From NCBI GenBank assembly GCA_902574705.1, contig CACGOM010000003.1:12405-76404 (forward strand): a stretch of DNA of 64,000 bases, read 5' to 3'. Positions within the stretch are counted from its first letter, which is position 1. Every line of letters begins with the position of its first letter. Position numbers and translations under genes: made by a program. Below the pieces are notes generated by a model. That model was not told where the DNA came from, did no database searches, and worked only from the letters and a program-made list of their open reading frames with translations. This DNA is from an uncultured Pelagibacteraceae bacterium (GTDB lineage: Bacteria; Pseudomonadota; Alphaproteobacteria; Pelagibacterales; Pelagibacteraceae). Of the stretch, positions 50,605-61,480 are shown in pieces.

Positions 50605-52218
50605 TTATTCTGAAGTTTTATATTTACTTTTGTTAATAATAAAAACAAACACAATCGGTAAAATTAGCGTTAACAAAGTTACTACAATTAATAGAATTCC
50701 TAACTCTGAATAATCTGCTGTTGATTGAATTTCGCCAGAAACTTTGTCCTTAACTTCTCTTGTAACTGTAAAAATATTATTTAAATATTTTGTTCCCAAG
50801 GCACTTGCTGACAATGCAAGGTTAGTAAAAGATGCAAATACTGCAAAAAAGGTTGCTTTTAAATGAGATGGAGCATTTTTAGCAATCCATGCCAATAATG
50901 GTATCATAGAAACTTGACCCAATGGGGATTCTAACGCAGTGTTTATTAGAGCGATAAATTTAGCATCAACAACTCCTCCTGTTATGGATGCTGTCCAATT
51001 ATGAAATCCATAATACATTCCAACACTTGGTAAAAATAATATTGAACCAGCAATAGATAAAACGACTATAATTTTGGCAATAGAATTTTTAGCCATAAAT
51101 GGTCTTAAAAGAACTATTCCTGCTAAAGTTAAAATAGAAGCCAGCAATGATAAAACTGAGAAAAACTGTTCATTAAACTCAAGTACATCTATCTCAAACC
51201 AGGTAAGTCCAGGGCCTGGTCCAGGCATTGCTCTAAAGATAAATATTATTACAGCTGTTCCAACAATAGTTAATCTTAAATTTTCTGGAAGTTCCTTAAT
51301 AAGTTTAAACATTAAGAACAAAATAATTACAACAGATCCAATAAATACAATTTCTTGTGCGAATGGAACTTTAAACGAACCTATACTTAATGTAAAAATA
51401 ACAAAGATAAGACTTCCGCCTAAAATCCACCAGTTTACTTTTGTCTTCTCCCCTTCTCTCTCTTCTTTTAATTCTAAACCTTGGGATTGTAATTTTTTAA
51501 TTTTTTGATTTCTTAAGTATGCTGCTAAAAATACTCCAAGCACAGATACGACTGGTATGATTAATGCATAAATATAAATTGATCCATACAATTCAATTTT
51601 ATCTGCTTGTTCTAAACTATCTACGTTGCTGAATAAAATTACATTAGCAAGTGCAACTAACACGGTACCACCAATAATAGCAAACCTTCCAAGCGTTTGC
51701 ATAGTTGTATGCATTATTTTAATTTGATCCCTACTATAATCAACACCTTGATCATCGATTAACGGAACAGCCTCTACTGTCATCGCATCAGCCACAACGT
51801 CTTGCACAACATATCCAACAGGTGCAAGTATTACACTTATAACAAACCATGTTTCGACTGTTAAAATTGTAGACATGTACTCTGTATGAATTATTAATCC
51901 ATACATAATCAATAAACTTAAACTGATTAGTCCGGCTCCAAAGAAAACCATATAATTTTTTTTGTTCCAGATAAGATCAACCAAGTGACCTAACGGCATT
52001 TTAAGAGCCCACGGTATCCCTGCCCAAAAACCTAAGCCTGCTAGAAATGCAGCTGACAAATTCAAATAATCTTTAACAAAGAAAGTTCCTACAATACCTG
52101 TCAAGCCGGAAATTCCAGCCGCTAAATAAATCATTAATGGTGGAAGATAGGTCCACTTAAATTGTCTTCCTAAATCTAAAAAAGTACTGTCTAAAAAATT
52201 TGCTATTCTATTAATCAT
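50605..52218 (-). CDS. BT1-like (folate/biopterin) MFS transporter
   Basis: PWALKMPLG..VD and QDVVADAMTVE motifs. Confidence 0.7.
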   Translation of the reverse strand: MINRIANFLDSTFLDLGRQFKWTYLPPLMIYLAAGISGLTGIVGTFFVKDYLNLSAAFLAGLGFWAGIPWALKMPLGHLVDLIWNKKNYMVFFGAGLISLSLLIMYGLIIHTEYMSTILTVETWFVISVILAPVGYVVQDVVADAMTVEAVPLIDDQGVDYSRDQIKIMHTTMQTLGRFAIIGGTVLVALANVILFSNVDSLEQADKIELYGSIYIYALIIPVVSVLGVFLAAYLRNQKIKKLQSQGLELKEEREGEKTKVNWWILGGSLIFVIFTLSIGSFKVPFAQEIVFIGSVVIILFLMFKLIKELPENLRLTIVGTAVIIFIFRAMPGPGPGLTWFEIDVLEFNEQFFSVLSLLASILTLAGIVLLRPFMAKNSIAKIIVVLSIAGSILFLPSVGMYYGFHNWTASITGGVVDAKFIALINTALESPLGQVSMIPLLAWIAKNAPSHLKATFFAVFASFTNLALSASALGTKYLNNIFTVTREVKDKVSGEIQSTADYSELGILLIVVTLLTLILPIVFVFIINKSKYKTSE

Positions 52219-52375
52219 AAAGAAGCCAAGCTAAAACAACTAATGCTACGATAATTATTACACCGACTATTTTATAAGTTTTGAAACCTAATTTATTTAA
52301 AATAAATTCATCAATCTTTTTCCAAAAAATAACAATTAAAAATAATAAAATTAAAGGAAGTATTATTTTTATCAT
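52211..52375 (-). CDS. 54-aa two-TM small protein (not in ORF track)
   Basis: MIKIILPLILLFLIVIFWKKIDEFILNKLG...AWLLYD; its stop overlaps the next gene's start. Confidence 0.6.
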   Translation of the reverse strand: MIKIILPLILLFLIVIFWKKIDEFILNKLGFKTYKIVGVIIIVALVVLAWLLYD

Positions 52376-52380
52376 TTAAC

Positions 52381-52824
52381 TTAATGTTCTTCTCTGAATT
52401 TACTGTGGCAAGCTTTGCAATTTGACCACATATGTTTTGTTAGTGTGGCCCTAATATCATCTGCGTCCTCTATCACTGATGCTAAAGTTAACATATCATC
52501 AGAAGCTTTTTGCATAAGTGCATTGAACTCATCTTTATTTTCCCAAATTGTTGGTAGTGCCTCTGTATCAAAACCTTCTTTTGAGTTTTCTGGAAAATAA
52601 TCTAGTAAATTTTTATAATTCTCACTCATTTTATTCATTAATTCTATAGCTGCTTCAAACTCAATATCACTTGATAGTGCCTGAACTCTTTTTGCTGTTT
52701 TATAGTTTTCACTGAATATTGCTTGTCTTCCTTTAATTATTTCCTCAACTGATAGCTCTGAGAATGCTGGAAAGGTGAATAAAGTAAGTAAAATCAACAA
52801 AAATATATTTTTTAATAACTTCAT
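52381..52824 (-). CDS. Class II cytochrome c (c'/c556)
   Basis: Signal peptide, ALPTIWEN and C-terminal CKACH. Confidence 0.9.
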   Translation of the reverse strand: MKLLKNIFLLILLTLFTFPAFSELSVEEIIKGRQAIFSENYKTAKRVQALSSDIEFEAAIELMNKMSENYKNLLDYFPENSKEGFDTEALPTIWENKDEFNALMQKASDDMLTLASVIEDADDIRATLTKHMWSNCKACHSKFREEH

Positions 52825-52843
52825 AATATGTTTAAATTTAAAT

Positions 52844-53368
52844 ATGCAATTAACTAATAGTATATCGGAATACGGATTAGTATCAAAACTATTTCACTGG
52901 CTAACTTTTGTCGCGCTGTTGATACAAATACCAATGGGATTTTATTTAGTAGATTTAGATTATTCAGATTACAGAATTTTTATTGAGGATATTCACGTAA
53001 CACTCGGATTATCAATATTTTACTTAGTTCTATTTAGACTTTTATATAAATTTATAAATCCTACCCCTGCTTTACCGCCTGCAATATTTTCTGGTCAAAA
53101 AGTTATTGCTAAACTTAATCATTTTGCACTTTATATTACCTTATTATCAGTGACAATCTCTGGAACTTTAAAAAAATTATTTAATGGGGAAAGTTTAAAT
53201 TTCTTGTTTAAAATAAAACTTAAAAGTGACTTTGATAAAGCAGATTTTTTCTATGATATACATATCTATTCAAATTACACTTTAATTGCTTTGATTTCTT
53301 TACATGTATTTGCTGTAATTATTCACAGAGTTTTATTTAAAGAAAATATATTAAAAAGAATTACCTAG
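52844..53368 (+). CDS. Cytochrome b561 family protein
   Basis: FHWL, HVTLG, NHFALY and H...LHV heme histidines; start set to ATG 52844. Confidence 0.87.
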   Translation: MQLTNSISEYGLVSKLFHWLTFVALLIQIPMGFYLVDLDYSDYRIFIEDIHVTLGLSIFYLVLFRLLYKFINPTPALPPAIFSGQKVIAKLNHFALYITLLSVTISGTLKKLFNGESLNFLFKIKLKSDFDKADFFYDIHIYSNYTLIALISLHVFAVIIHRVLFKENILKRIT

Positions 53369-53382
53369 TTTAATTCTAACAA

Positions 53383-54225
53383 ATGGAAGATAAAGTTTTT
53401 TTTATAATACTTTTGGCTACTATTATGCATGCTAGCTGGAATGCTATGGTCAAAAAGCATTCGGACAAAACTGTTGCCTTAGCAGGAATTATTCTTGGAC
53501 ATATACCGTTATCGGTAGTTGCAATAATAATTTTACCACTCCCCTCAAGTGAAAGTATTCCTTATATAATTGTAAGTGCACTTATTCATCAAGGGTATCA
53601 ATGGTATTTACTGTCTTCTTATCAAATTGGAGATTTTACAAAAGTATATCCAATATGTAGAGGATTTGGACCTTTGGTTGCAACTTTCATATCATTAATT
53701 TTTTTAGGAGTAGTTTTTAATATACTAACAACAGTTTCAATACTTTTACTTTGTTTTGGTATTATGATGTTAGGTTTTAAAGTTGATAATAAAGAAAAAA
53801 ATTCAAATGTTTTAAAATACTCTTTACTGACTGGTTTTTTTATTGGTTTGTACTCATTAGTTGATGGATATGGTGCAAGAATAAGTGCTTCGGCTATTTC
53901 CTTCATGAGTTTCTCCTTTATTTTAAGCGCAATCATCTTTCCGTTTTTATTAAAACTTAAAAAAGAAGAAAATATTGTTTCCAGAATTTCTAAAGATGGA
54001 AAATTTATATTTTGGGTTGGAGGTTCTATGTCTTATGTAATTTATATGATTGTTGTCTGGGGGTTTACTCAAGCGCCCATACCTATGGTTGCTGCATTAA
54101 GAGAAACAAGTATATTTTTTTCAATTTTTATTGGTTATTTCTTCTTAAGTGAAAGAATAATCCCAGCAAAAATTTTTTCAGTTTTATTAATTCTTGCTGG
54201 AGTTATCGGATTAAAATTATTTTAA
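53383..54225 (+). CDS. DMT/EamA family transporter
   Basis: HASWNAMVK, VYPICRG and AALRETS motifs. Confidence 0.88.
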   Translation: MEDKVFFIILLATIMHASWNAMVKKHSDKTVALAGIILGHIPLSVVAIIILPLPSSESIPYIIVSALIHQGYQWYLLSSYQIGDFTKVYPICRGFGPLVATFISLIFLGVVFNILTTVSILLLCFGIMMLGFKVDNKEKNSNVLKYSLLTGFFIGLYSLVDGYGARISASAISFMSFSFILSAIIFPFLLKLKKEENIVSRISKDGKFIFWVGGSMSYVIYMIVVWGFTQAPIPMVAALRETSIFFSIFIGYFFLSERIIPAKIFSVLLILAGVIGLKLF

Positions 54226-54271
54226 TACAAATAATGATTTACTAATTAATTAATCTGCTTACTATATTCCT

Positions 54272-55429
54272 ATGGATTTATTATTAATATTACTAGTTGG
54301 GATAATTGGAATTTTAATATTTCTTCTATTAAAAAAAGAAAGAGTATTCGGTATAAAAGAAGAAAATAAAATAGAGAATAAAACTCTTAAAAATGAAGTT
54401 GTAACCGATAACAAAGAAAATATTTATAAATTATTTAATTATATTCCCGAAGCTATTATAATTTTAAATAAGTCAAAAGAAATTTTATTTAGCAACTCAT
54501 CTGCTCAAAAAAGATTTGAAATTTCAAAAAATAATAACATTAATTCATATCTTAGAAATCCAGACTTAATAAAAGCTATAGAGGACGCGTTTATTGGAAA
54601 AAACCCAAAAGATTTAGAAATAGAGGTTAAAAATCGAGCAATGCAGAGAATGAATATTACTATTTATTTTGATAGTAATAATTTATTTTTTAATGAACCA
54701 AACTGCTTGCTATTTATAAGAGATCTAACGGAGTTTTATAAGTTTCAAGAGCTTAAATCTGACTTTGTAGCAAATGTTTCTCATGAATTAAGAACCCCGC
54801 TTCAATCAATTAAGATGGGACTGGAAACTTTTGAAAACAATGAAAGCTTGAAAAATAATTCAGAGATTAAAGATTTTCTTCCCGTTATGATTTCTCAATC
54901 AGAAAGAATGGAAAATTTGATTAGAGACCTGCTTTCTTTATCAAAAATTGAACTACAAGAACACATAAGACCTACTCATGAAATAGATCTGAATAATGTG
55001 ATTGAATATGTAATTAAAACACACGAAAAAATCTTAAATAAACACCAAATTCAAATTCAATTTAAAAAAGTTAATGATTTTAAAATTATTGGTGACAACG
55101 ACAAATTGATTGAGATATTTACTAATTTAATTGATAACGCAATTAAATATAGCGAAAAAAATAAAAAAATTGCAATTTCTGGAAAAAAAGAAAATAACTT
55201 AAATATAGTTTCAGTTACTGATGAAGGCGTGGGAATACCTAAAGAATATTTGCATAGGGTTACTGAGCGATTCTTCACTGTAGATCCTAGCAAAAGTAGA
55301 AGTGTTGGAGGAACAGGTCTTGGATTAGCGATTGTTAAACATTTAGTCTCTCAACATAGAGGAGAAATGAATATAACAAGCGTTGAAAACAAAGGAACTA
55401 CAATAGAATTGAAATTTAACTCACTTTAA
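54272..55429 (+). CDS. phoR: Phosphate regulon sensor kinase
   Basis: PAS domain, DFVANVSHELRTP, NAIKY and GGTGLGLAIVKH; precedes pst. Confidence 0.9.
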   Translation: MDLLLILLVGIIGILIFLLLKKERVFGIKEENKIENKTLKNEVVTDNKENIYKLFNYIPEAIIILNKSKEILFSNSSAQKRFEISKNNNINSYLRNPDLIKAIEDAFIGKNPKDLEIEVKNRAMQRMNITIYFDSNNLFFNEPNCLLFIRDLTEFYKFQELKSDFVANVSHELRTPLQSIKMGLETFENNESLKNNSEIKDFLPVMISQSERMENLIRDLLSLSKIELQEHIRPTHEIDLNNVIEYVIKTHEKILNKHQIQIQFKKVNDFKIIGDNDKLIEIFTNLIDNAIKYSEKNKKIAISGKKENNLNIVSVTDEGVGIPKEYLHRVTERFFTVDPSKSRSVGGTGLGLAIVKHLVSQHRGEMNITSVENKGTTIELKFNSL

Positions 55430-55450
55430 TCTCAACTAAAAAGTTAGTCT

Positions 55451-55490
55451 TTGTAATAAAAGTTTAACATTCTGTTAATAAAACTTTTAA
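55451..55490 (+). promoter_or_regulatory. Pho box array upstream of pstS
   Basis: 11-nt-phased repeats TTGTAAT-AAAA-GTTTAAC-ATTC-TGTTAAT-AAAA-CTTTTAA, then TAATTT 10 nt later. Confidence 0.72.
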
Positions 55491-55537
55491 AGATAGAATT
55501 TAATTTGAGTCGTATAACGAATCTAAATAGGAGATAT

Positions 55538-56566
55538 ATGAATAAAATAATAAATTTAGTACTTGCTTTTTTAATCCTTGTTAGTTTTACATCTAATAGT
55601 TACTCAAGAGATCAAATTAAGATAGTAGGATCGTCTACTGTTTATCCATACGCAACTGTTGTTGCTGAAAAATTTGGTAAAAGTGGAAAATTTAAAACAC
55701 CAGTAATAGAAAGTACTGGAACAGGTGGTGGAATGAAACTATTCTGTGCAGGTGTTGGTGCAAATCACCCAGATATTACTAACGCTTCAAGAGCGATTAA
55801 AGAGAAAGAATTAGCTTTATGCGCAAAAAATGGAGTTGATGAAATTATTGAAATAGTAGTTGGAAACGATGGTATTTCTCTCGCTCACGCTGTTGATGCG
55901 CCAGATGCAGATTTCACAAAAGAACAGCTTTGGAGAGCTTTAGCTCACGAAGTAGACGTTGATGGTAAATTAATAAAAAATCCATATACAAAGTGGAATG
56001 AAATCGATGCCAGTTTACCTAACAAAAAAATTGAGATCTTAATCGCTCCGCCGACATCTGGAACTAGAGATGCATGGAATTCTTTAGTAATGGGCAAAGG
56101 TTGCAGTAAAATTGCTAAATCTCTTTATGATGCAGCTGGCAAAAAAGCCAAAAAAGAATGTGCAAAAATGAGAGAAGATGGATATGCAATTGAGGCTGGT
56201 GAAAATGATACTTTAATTGTTCAAAAGCTTACATCTAATCCAAATGCGTTTGGTTTCTTTGGCTACAGTTACTTAGTAGCTAACAAAGATAAAGTTAAAG
56301 CAGCTGCTATTGAAGGTGTTCAGCCTTCATTAGAAGGCATTCAAGATTACTCTTATCCAATAGCAAGACCACTTTTCTTTTATGTAAAGAAAGCTCATAT
56401 TGGAGTTATCCCTGGTATTCAGGAATATTTGAAAGAGTTTACTTCTAAAAAAGCTATGGGTGGCAGAGGTTACTTGGCTGATATAGGTTTAGTTCCTTTA
56501 GCATCTGACAAATATAAGGTTACAAGAACTGCAGCTTTAGATTTGAATACTTTAAAGATTAACTAA
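55538..56566 (+). CDS. pstS: Phosphate ABC transporter substrate-binding protein
   Basis: GSSTVYP, STGTGGG, SGTRD and YPIARPLF motifs; ATG 55538 after AGGAG. Confidence 0.95.
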   Translation: MNKIINLVLAFLILVSFTSNSYSRDQIKIVGSSTVYPYATVVAEKFGKSGKFKTPVIESTGTGGGMKLFCAGVGANHPDITNASRAIKEKELALCAKNGVDEIIEIVVGNDGISLAHAVDAPDADFTKEQLWRALAHEVDVDGKLIKNPYTKWNEIDASLPNKKIEILIAPPTSGTRDAWNSLVMGKGCSKIAKSLYDAAGKKAKKECAKMREDGYAIEAGENDTLIVQKLTSNPNAFGFFGYSYLVANKDKVKAAAIEGVQPSLEGIQDYSYPIARPLFFYVKKAHIGVIPGIQEYLKEFTSKKAMGGRGYLADIGLVPLASDKYKVTRTAALDLNTLKIN

Positions 56567-56584
56567 TTAAATAAAGTTATCCCC

Positions 56585-56618
56585 AAAAAAAGGCCAGTAA
56601 ATACTGGCCTTTTTTTTT
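56585..56618 (+). terminator. Intrinsic terminator after pstS
   Basis: AGGCCAGT-AAAT-ACTGGCCT followed by a T-run. Confidence 0.9.
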
Positions 56619-56638
56619 ATCTCAATCAAAAGTTTAAT

Positions 56639-56656
56639 TTTTAACAAAACTGTAAC
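56639..56656 (+). promoter_or_regulatory. Pho box upstream of pstC
   Basis: TTTTAAC-AAAA-CTGTAAC, with TATCAG 10 nt downstream. Confidence 0.65.
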
Positions 56657-56681
56657 ATACTTAATCTATCAGTCTAATCAA

Positions 56682-58085
56682 ATGAACCTAGCGTTGATTT
56701 TTTTAATTACAATTTTTTCATTTTCCCTATTCTTCTATGGAAGATCAAAATCAAAATCACTTTCAATTGAAAATAATTATAAACTAAAGGCATTACCAAA
56801 GTTCTATGGCTATTACTTAGTTTTATGGTGTTCTTTGCCTTCATTAGTTTTTTTACTAGTTTGGACTTTATTTGAACCAACAATAATTAAATCTATAATT
56901 TTGAAAATTGCCGCTGATCAAGGTGCAATTATGCAAGATCAAAATGCAGCAAATTTAATTTATGAAAAAATTAAAGCAGTTTATTTAGGTACCTATTTTG
57001 GAGATATTGATAGTTTATTAAAAGAAAGTGCTCTTTCGTATGCAAAATTTAAAAACATTTTTACAAATTCAAAAATAGTTTTAATTTTTTTAATTGTTAT
57101 TTCCTCAATTATTTATGCGCTTAAAAAGATCAAAAGTAATAACAAAGCAAGAGACGATGTTGAGATAATTTTAAAAGGACTTTTATTTGTCTCGTCTTTA
57201 ATAGCAATACTTACTACTTTAGGTATTATTTTTTCACTTTTATTTGAAAGTATAAAATTTTTTTCAGTAATTAATATTTTTGACTATTTGTTTGGAACAA
57301 ATTGGAGTCCACAGCGTGCATTCGTTAGAGATGCTTCTTCAATAACTGCAGCTGAGTATGAAGATTTAAAGGACGCTTTTGGTTTTGTTCCTTTAATTGC
57401 AGGAACTGCCTTTATTGCGCTTATAGCGATGTTAGTTGCTGTGCCAGTTGGATTATTTTCTGGAATTTATATGGCTGAGTATGCAACAAAAAAAATTAGA
57501 AGAGTATCAAAACCAATTATTGAAATTTTAGCTGGTATACCAACAGTAGTTTATGGATTCTTTGCTGCTCTTACAGTGGGTCCCTTTTTTAGAGAATTAG
57601 GAGAAAATTTCGGTCTTACTGTTTCATCTGAAAGTGCTCTTGCGGCTGGATTAATTATGGGAATTATGATCATTCCATATATTTCTTCACTTTCTGATGA
57701 TGTAATTAACTCTGTACCTCAATCATTAAGAGATGGATCTTATGCAATAGGTGCTACAAAATCAGAAACAATTAAAAAAGTTGTGATACCTGCTGCATTG
57801 CCAGGAATAATTGGATCAGTTTTGTTGGCAGTATCAAGAGCCATAGGTGAAACAATGATAGTAGTTATGGCTGCAGGACTAGCCGCCAATCTTACAATCA
57901 ATCCCTTAGACTCTACAACAACAATTACCACTCAAATAGTAATGATACTAATTGGTGACCAAGAATTTGATAGTCCAAAAACTCAATCAGCTTTTGCTTT
58001 GGGGTTAACATTGTTTATAGCAACATTAATTTTGAATTATATAGCGTTAAGAGTTGTTAAAAAATATAGAGAGAAATATGACTAA
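56682..58085 (+). CDS. pstC: Phosphate ABC transporter permease
   Basis: EILAGIPTVVYG and SRAIGETMIV motifs. Confidence 0.96.
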   Translation: MNLALIFLITIFSFSLFFYGRSKSKSLSIENNYKLKALPKFYGYYLVLWCSLPSLVFLLVWTLFEPTIIKSIILKIAADQGAIMQDQNAANLIYEKIKAVYLGTYFGDIDSLLKESALSYAKFKNIFTNSKIVLIFLIVISSIIYALKKIKSNNKARDDVEIILKGLLFVSSLIAILTTLGIIFSLLFESIKFFSVINIFDYLFGTNWSPQRAFVRDASSITAAEYEDLKDAFGFVPLIAGTAFIALIAMLVAVPVGLFSGIYMAEYATKKIRRVSKPIIEILAGIPTVVYGFFAALTVGPFFRELGENFGLTVSSESALAAGLIMGIMIIPYISSLSDDVINSVPQSLRDGSYAIGATKSETIKKVVIPAALPGIIGSVLLAVSRAIGETMIVVMAAGLAANLTINPLDSTTTITTQIVMILIGDQEFDSPKTQSAFALGLTLFIATLILNYIALRVVKKYREKYD

Positions 58086-59340
58086 GGAGCAAAGACTAAT
58101 TAAAAGACACAGGGCTGAAAAAAGATTTAAATTTTATGGCTTATTTTCTATATTTTTAGCTTTGTTATTTGTTTTGATATTAGTAAATAATATTTTTTCT
58201 AAAGGAAGTTCTGCTTTTATGAAAACTGTCATAAAAACTGAAATTTTTTATGATCAAGAATTGATGGAAGTAGAAAATGGAGCTTCACGCGAAGATATAC
58301 TAGATGCAGATTTTTTTGATGTAACTATCGAAAGTTTGCTAAAAGTTTATCCAACCAACGGATTGGAAGAAGAAAAACAATTAATTAATTTATTTAGTAC
58401 TGATGCAGAAATTGAAATTAAATTAAATTTTTTAGAAAATAATAATATTGCTGGTCAAAAAATAATACTTGAAATCACAGCTTCAGATGACATCGATCAA
58501 TTACACAAAGGTAATTATCCAAGAGATCTTCCTGAAGAAAGGAGAAGAATTTCAGATTTTCAATTAAAGATATTTGATAAATTAGTTGATGAGGGAAAAA
58601 TAGAAAAAAACTTTAATAATTACTACTTCAATAAAGGAGATTCGAGAGATCCTGAGTTAGCTGGTATAGGTGGGGCTCTTATAGGATCATTTTACAGCAT
58701 TTTAATTTGTTTACTATTGTCATTTCCGATAGCTGTATTGGCATCAATATATCTTGAAGAGTTCGCGCCTAAAAATAAAATTACAGACTTTATTGAAATA
58801 AATATAAATAACTTAGCCGCTGTTCCATCAATTGTTTATGGTCTTTTAGCATTACAAATATTGTTATCTACACTGCATATGCCAAGATCAACTCCTTTAG
58901 TAGCTGGTATAACTTTAGCTTTAATGACTCTTCCAAGAATTATTATTCCCTGTAGAGCTTCTTTAAAGGCAGTTCCTCCCTCTATTAGAGAAGGTGCACT
59001 AGCAGTTGGTGCATCAAAATTTCAATCAGTATTCCATCACGTTGTTCCACTTGCTTTACCTGGAACTTTATCTGGAACTATCATTGGATTAGCTCAAGCA
59101 TTGGGCGAAACAGCACCGTTAATATTAATTGGAATGGTTGCATTTGTAGTTGATATTCCTACAAGTCCTGTAGATCCATCAGCTTCTTTGCCTGTTCAAG
59201 TTTATTTATGGTCTGAGTCTGCTGAAAGAGGATTTGTTGAAAAAACTTCTGCTACAATTATGATATTATTAAGTTTTTTAATTGTAATGAATTTTTTAGC
59301 TGTATACTTACGTCAGAAATTTGAAAAAAGATGGAATTAA
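58078..59340 (+). CDS. pstA: Phosphate ABC transporter permease
   Basis: [11 protein letters not shown] and GETAPL motifs; ATG 58078 overlaps the pstC end. Confidence 0.95.
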   Translation: MTKEQRLIKRHRAEKRFKFYGLFSIFLALLFVLILVNNIFSKGSSAFMKTVIKTEIFYDQELMEVENGASREDILDADFFDVTIESLLKVYPTNGLEEEKQLINLFSTDAEIEIKLNFLENNNIAGQKIILEITASDDIDQLHKGNYPRDLPEERRRISDFQLKIFDKLVDEGKIEKNFNNYYFNKGDSRDPELAGIGGALIGSFYSILICLLLSFPIAVLASIYLEEFAPKNKITDFIEININNLAAVPSIVYGLLALQILLSTLHMPRSTPLVAGITLALMTLPRIIIPCRASLKAVPPSIREGALAVGASKFQSVFHHVVPLALPGTLSGTIIGLAQALGETAPLILIGMVAFVVDIPTSPVDPSASLPVQVYLWSESAERGFVEKTSATIMILLSFLIVMNFLAVYLRQKFEKRWN

Positions 59341-59341
59341 A

Positions 59342-60103
59342 ATGAATGAAATTAAAATTAAATCAAAAAATTTAAATGTATTTTATGGAGAAAAGCAGGC
59401 TCTATTTGATGTAAATCTTGATTTGAATGAAAAAGAAGTTACTGCCCTAATAGGTCCATCTGGATGTGGAAAATCAACTTTTATTCGTTGTATTAATCGA
59501 ATGAATGATGTGATTGATATTTGTAAAGTTTCTGGCTCTATTGAAATGGATGGCATTGATATTAATGACAAAAATCTTGATGTCGTCTCATTAAGAGAAC
59601 GTGTAGGAATGGTATTTCAAAAACCAAACCCATTTCCAAAAAGTATTTATGACAATGTTTCTTATGGACCAAACATTCATGGAAAAGGTGAAACTAAGTC
59701 TGAGCTAGACGAAATTGTAGAAAATAGTTTAAAAAAAGCTGCTCTTTGGGAAGAGGTTAAGGATAGACTTGATGAACCGGGTACTAGCTTGTCTGGAGGT
59801 CAGCAACAAAGATTATGTATTGCAAGAGCAATATCTGTAAACCCAGAAGTAATATTGATGGATGAACCGTGTTCGGCTTTAGACCCAATTGCTACTGCAA
59901 AAATAGAAGAGTTAATAGATGAGTTAAAAAAAACATATACGATAGTAATTGTGACCCACTCTATGGCACAAGCAGTGAGAGTTTCACAAAAAACTGGCTT
60001 TTTTCACCTAGGTAAACTTATAGAAGTTGGAAAAACAGAGAAAATTTTTAAAAATCCTGACAATAAAATGACACAAGATTATATTACAGGTAGATTTGGA
60101 TAA
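59342..60103 (+). CDS. pstB: Phosphate ABC transporter ATP-binding protein
   Basis: [23 protein letters not shown] and YITGRFG motifs. Confidence 0.97.
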   Translation: MNEIKIKSKNLNVFYGEKQALFDVNLDLNEKEVTALIGPSGCGKSTFIRCINRMNDVIDICKVSGSIEMDGIDINDKNLDVVSLRERVGMVFQKPNPFPKSIYDNVSYGPNIHGKGETKSELDEIVENSLKKAALWEEVKDRLDEPGTSLSGGQQQRLCIARAISVNPEVILMDEPCSALDPIATAKIEELIDELKKTYTIVIVTHSMAQAVRVSQKTGFFHLGKLIEVGKTEKIFKNPDNKMTQDYITGRFG

Positions 60104-60106
60104 AAT

Positions 60107-60799
60107 ATGAGTAATGAACATACAGTAAAATCATACGAAGAAGAATTACAATATTTGAAAGACTCTGTAATTCAGATGGGGAGCTTAACAGAAGCGCAAT
60201 TAAGTGACTCTATGGATGCGGTTATTAAAGTTGATAAAGACTCTACTGATAAAATTATTCAAAGTGATGAGAAGGTAAACAAGTTTAGATCAAAAATTGA
60301 TACGCAGATAATGACGCTTTTAGTAAAAAGAGCTCCAATGGCAATTGATTTAAGAGAAACAATAAGTGCTTTAAAAATATCTCAAGACCTTGAAAGAATT
60401 GGCGATTTATCAAAAAGTAATGCAAAAAAAGTTAAGCCTCTTCCACTTGATTTACCTGAAGAATTATTAGGAAATTTAAAAAGATTAGGTGATTTAGTCA
60501 CTAAACAATTAAATGATGTACTAGATAGTTATGTAAATCAAAATTATGACAAAGCTAAAGAAGTTTGGAAAAAAGATGAACAAGTAGATGATTTAACATT
60601 TATTGCAATGAATAGTGTTATTGATTTTTTATCTAAAGATAAGAAAAATTTAGATTTTTCTACACATCTTATCTTTGTAACAAAGAATTTAGAAAGAGCC
60701 GGAGACCATATAACAAATATAGCTGAGATAATTTGTTATTTAATAAAAGGTGAATACTTAAAAGGCCACAGACCTAAAGGAAAAGAAACAGAAGTCTAA
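60107..60799 (+). CDS. phoU: Phosphate signalling protein
   Basis: P.AIDLR, DLERIGD and LERAGDH motifs. Confidence 0.96.
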   Translation: MSNEHTVKSYEEELQYLKDSVIQMGSLTEAQLSDSMDAVIKVDKDSTDKIIQSDEKVNKFRSKIDTQIMTLLVKRAPMAIDLRETISALKISQDLERIGDLSKSNAKKVKPLPLDLPEELLGNLKRLGDLVTKQLNDVLDSYVNQNYDKAKEVWKKDEQVDDLTFIAMNSVIDFLSKDKKNLDFSTHLIFVTKNLERAGDHITNIAEIICYLIKGEYLKGHRPKGKETEV

Positions 60800-61480
60800 A
60801 TGGCAACAAAAATTTTTATTATTGAAGATGAGCCTTCGATAATAAAACTAGTCCAACATAATTTAGAAAAAGAAGGTTTTATTGTATCTTCATCACTTAA
60901 TGGAAATGAAGGGTTAAAGGAACTAAAAAAATTTCAGCCTCATTTATTATTGCTTGATTGGATGCTTCCAGATCTATCAGGTATAGATATTTGCAAAAGT
61001 ATTAGAAGAGAAAGTAATTTAAAAAATTTACCAATTATCATGCTTACAGCTAAAGGTGAAAGTGAAGACAAAATTAAAGGATTAAATAGTGGCGCAGATG
61101 ATTATATAACAAAACCATTTAGTTTTAATGAAGTCTTGGCAAGAATAAATGCATTACTAAGAAGGTCTGAACCTAATACAGTAGCTGATAATTTAGAATA
61201 TGAAGATTTAAAATTAGATAGAATTGAAAAAAGGGTTTATAGAGGGGAAAAACATATAGATCTTGGTCCAACAGAATTTAGATTATTAGAGTTTTTTTTA
61301 GTAAATCCAAAAAGAGTATATACAAGAGATCAAATACTAGAAAATGTATGGCCAAATAATATAAACGTTGAATCAAGAACTATAGATGTTCATATAAGAA
61401 GATTAAGACAAGCAATTAATATAGGTGGAAAAAAAGAGTTAATTAGAACAGTTAGATCTTCTGGCTATTCTCTCATTTAA
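60800..61480 (+). CDS. phoB: Phosphate regulon response regulator
   Basis: LLDWMLP, LGPTEFRLL and RTIDVHIRRLR motifs. Confidence 0.94.
   Translation: MATKIFIIEDEPSIIKLVQHNLEKEGFIVSSSLNGNEGLKELKKFQPHLLLLDWMLPDLSGIDICKSIRRESNLKNLPIIMLTAKGESEDKIKGLNSGADDYITKPFSFNEVLARINALLRRSEPNTVADNLEYEDLKLDRIEKRVYRGEKHIDLGPTEFRLLEFFLVNPKRVYTRDQILENVWPNNINVESRTIDVHIRRLRQAINIGGKKELIRTVRSSGYSLI

Noticed and set aside
670-59571. Many short ORFs in the track that overlap real genes (e.g. 670-918, 1551-1793, 15093-15521, 29421-29651, 33486-33809, 51074-51508)
   Set aside because: They are antisense or out-of-frame shadows of well-supported genes and have no motifs
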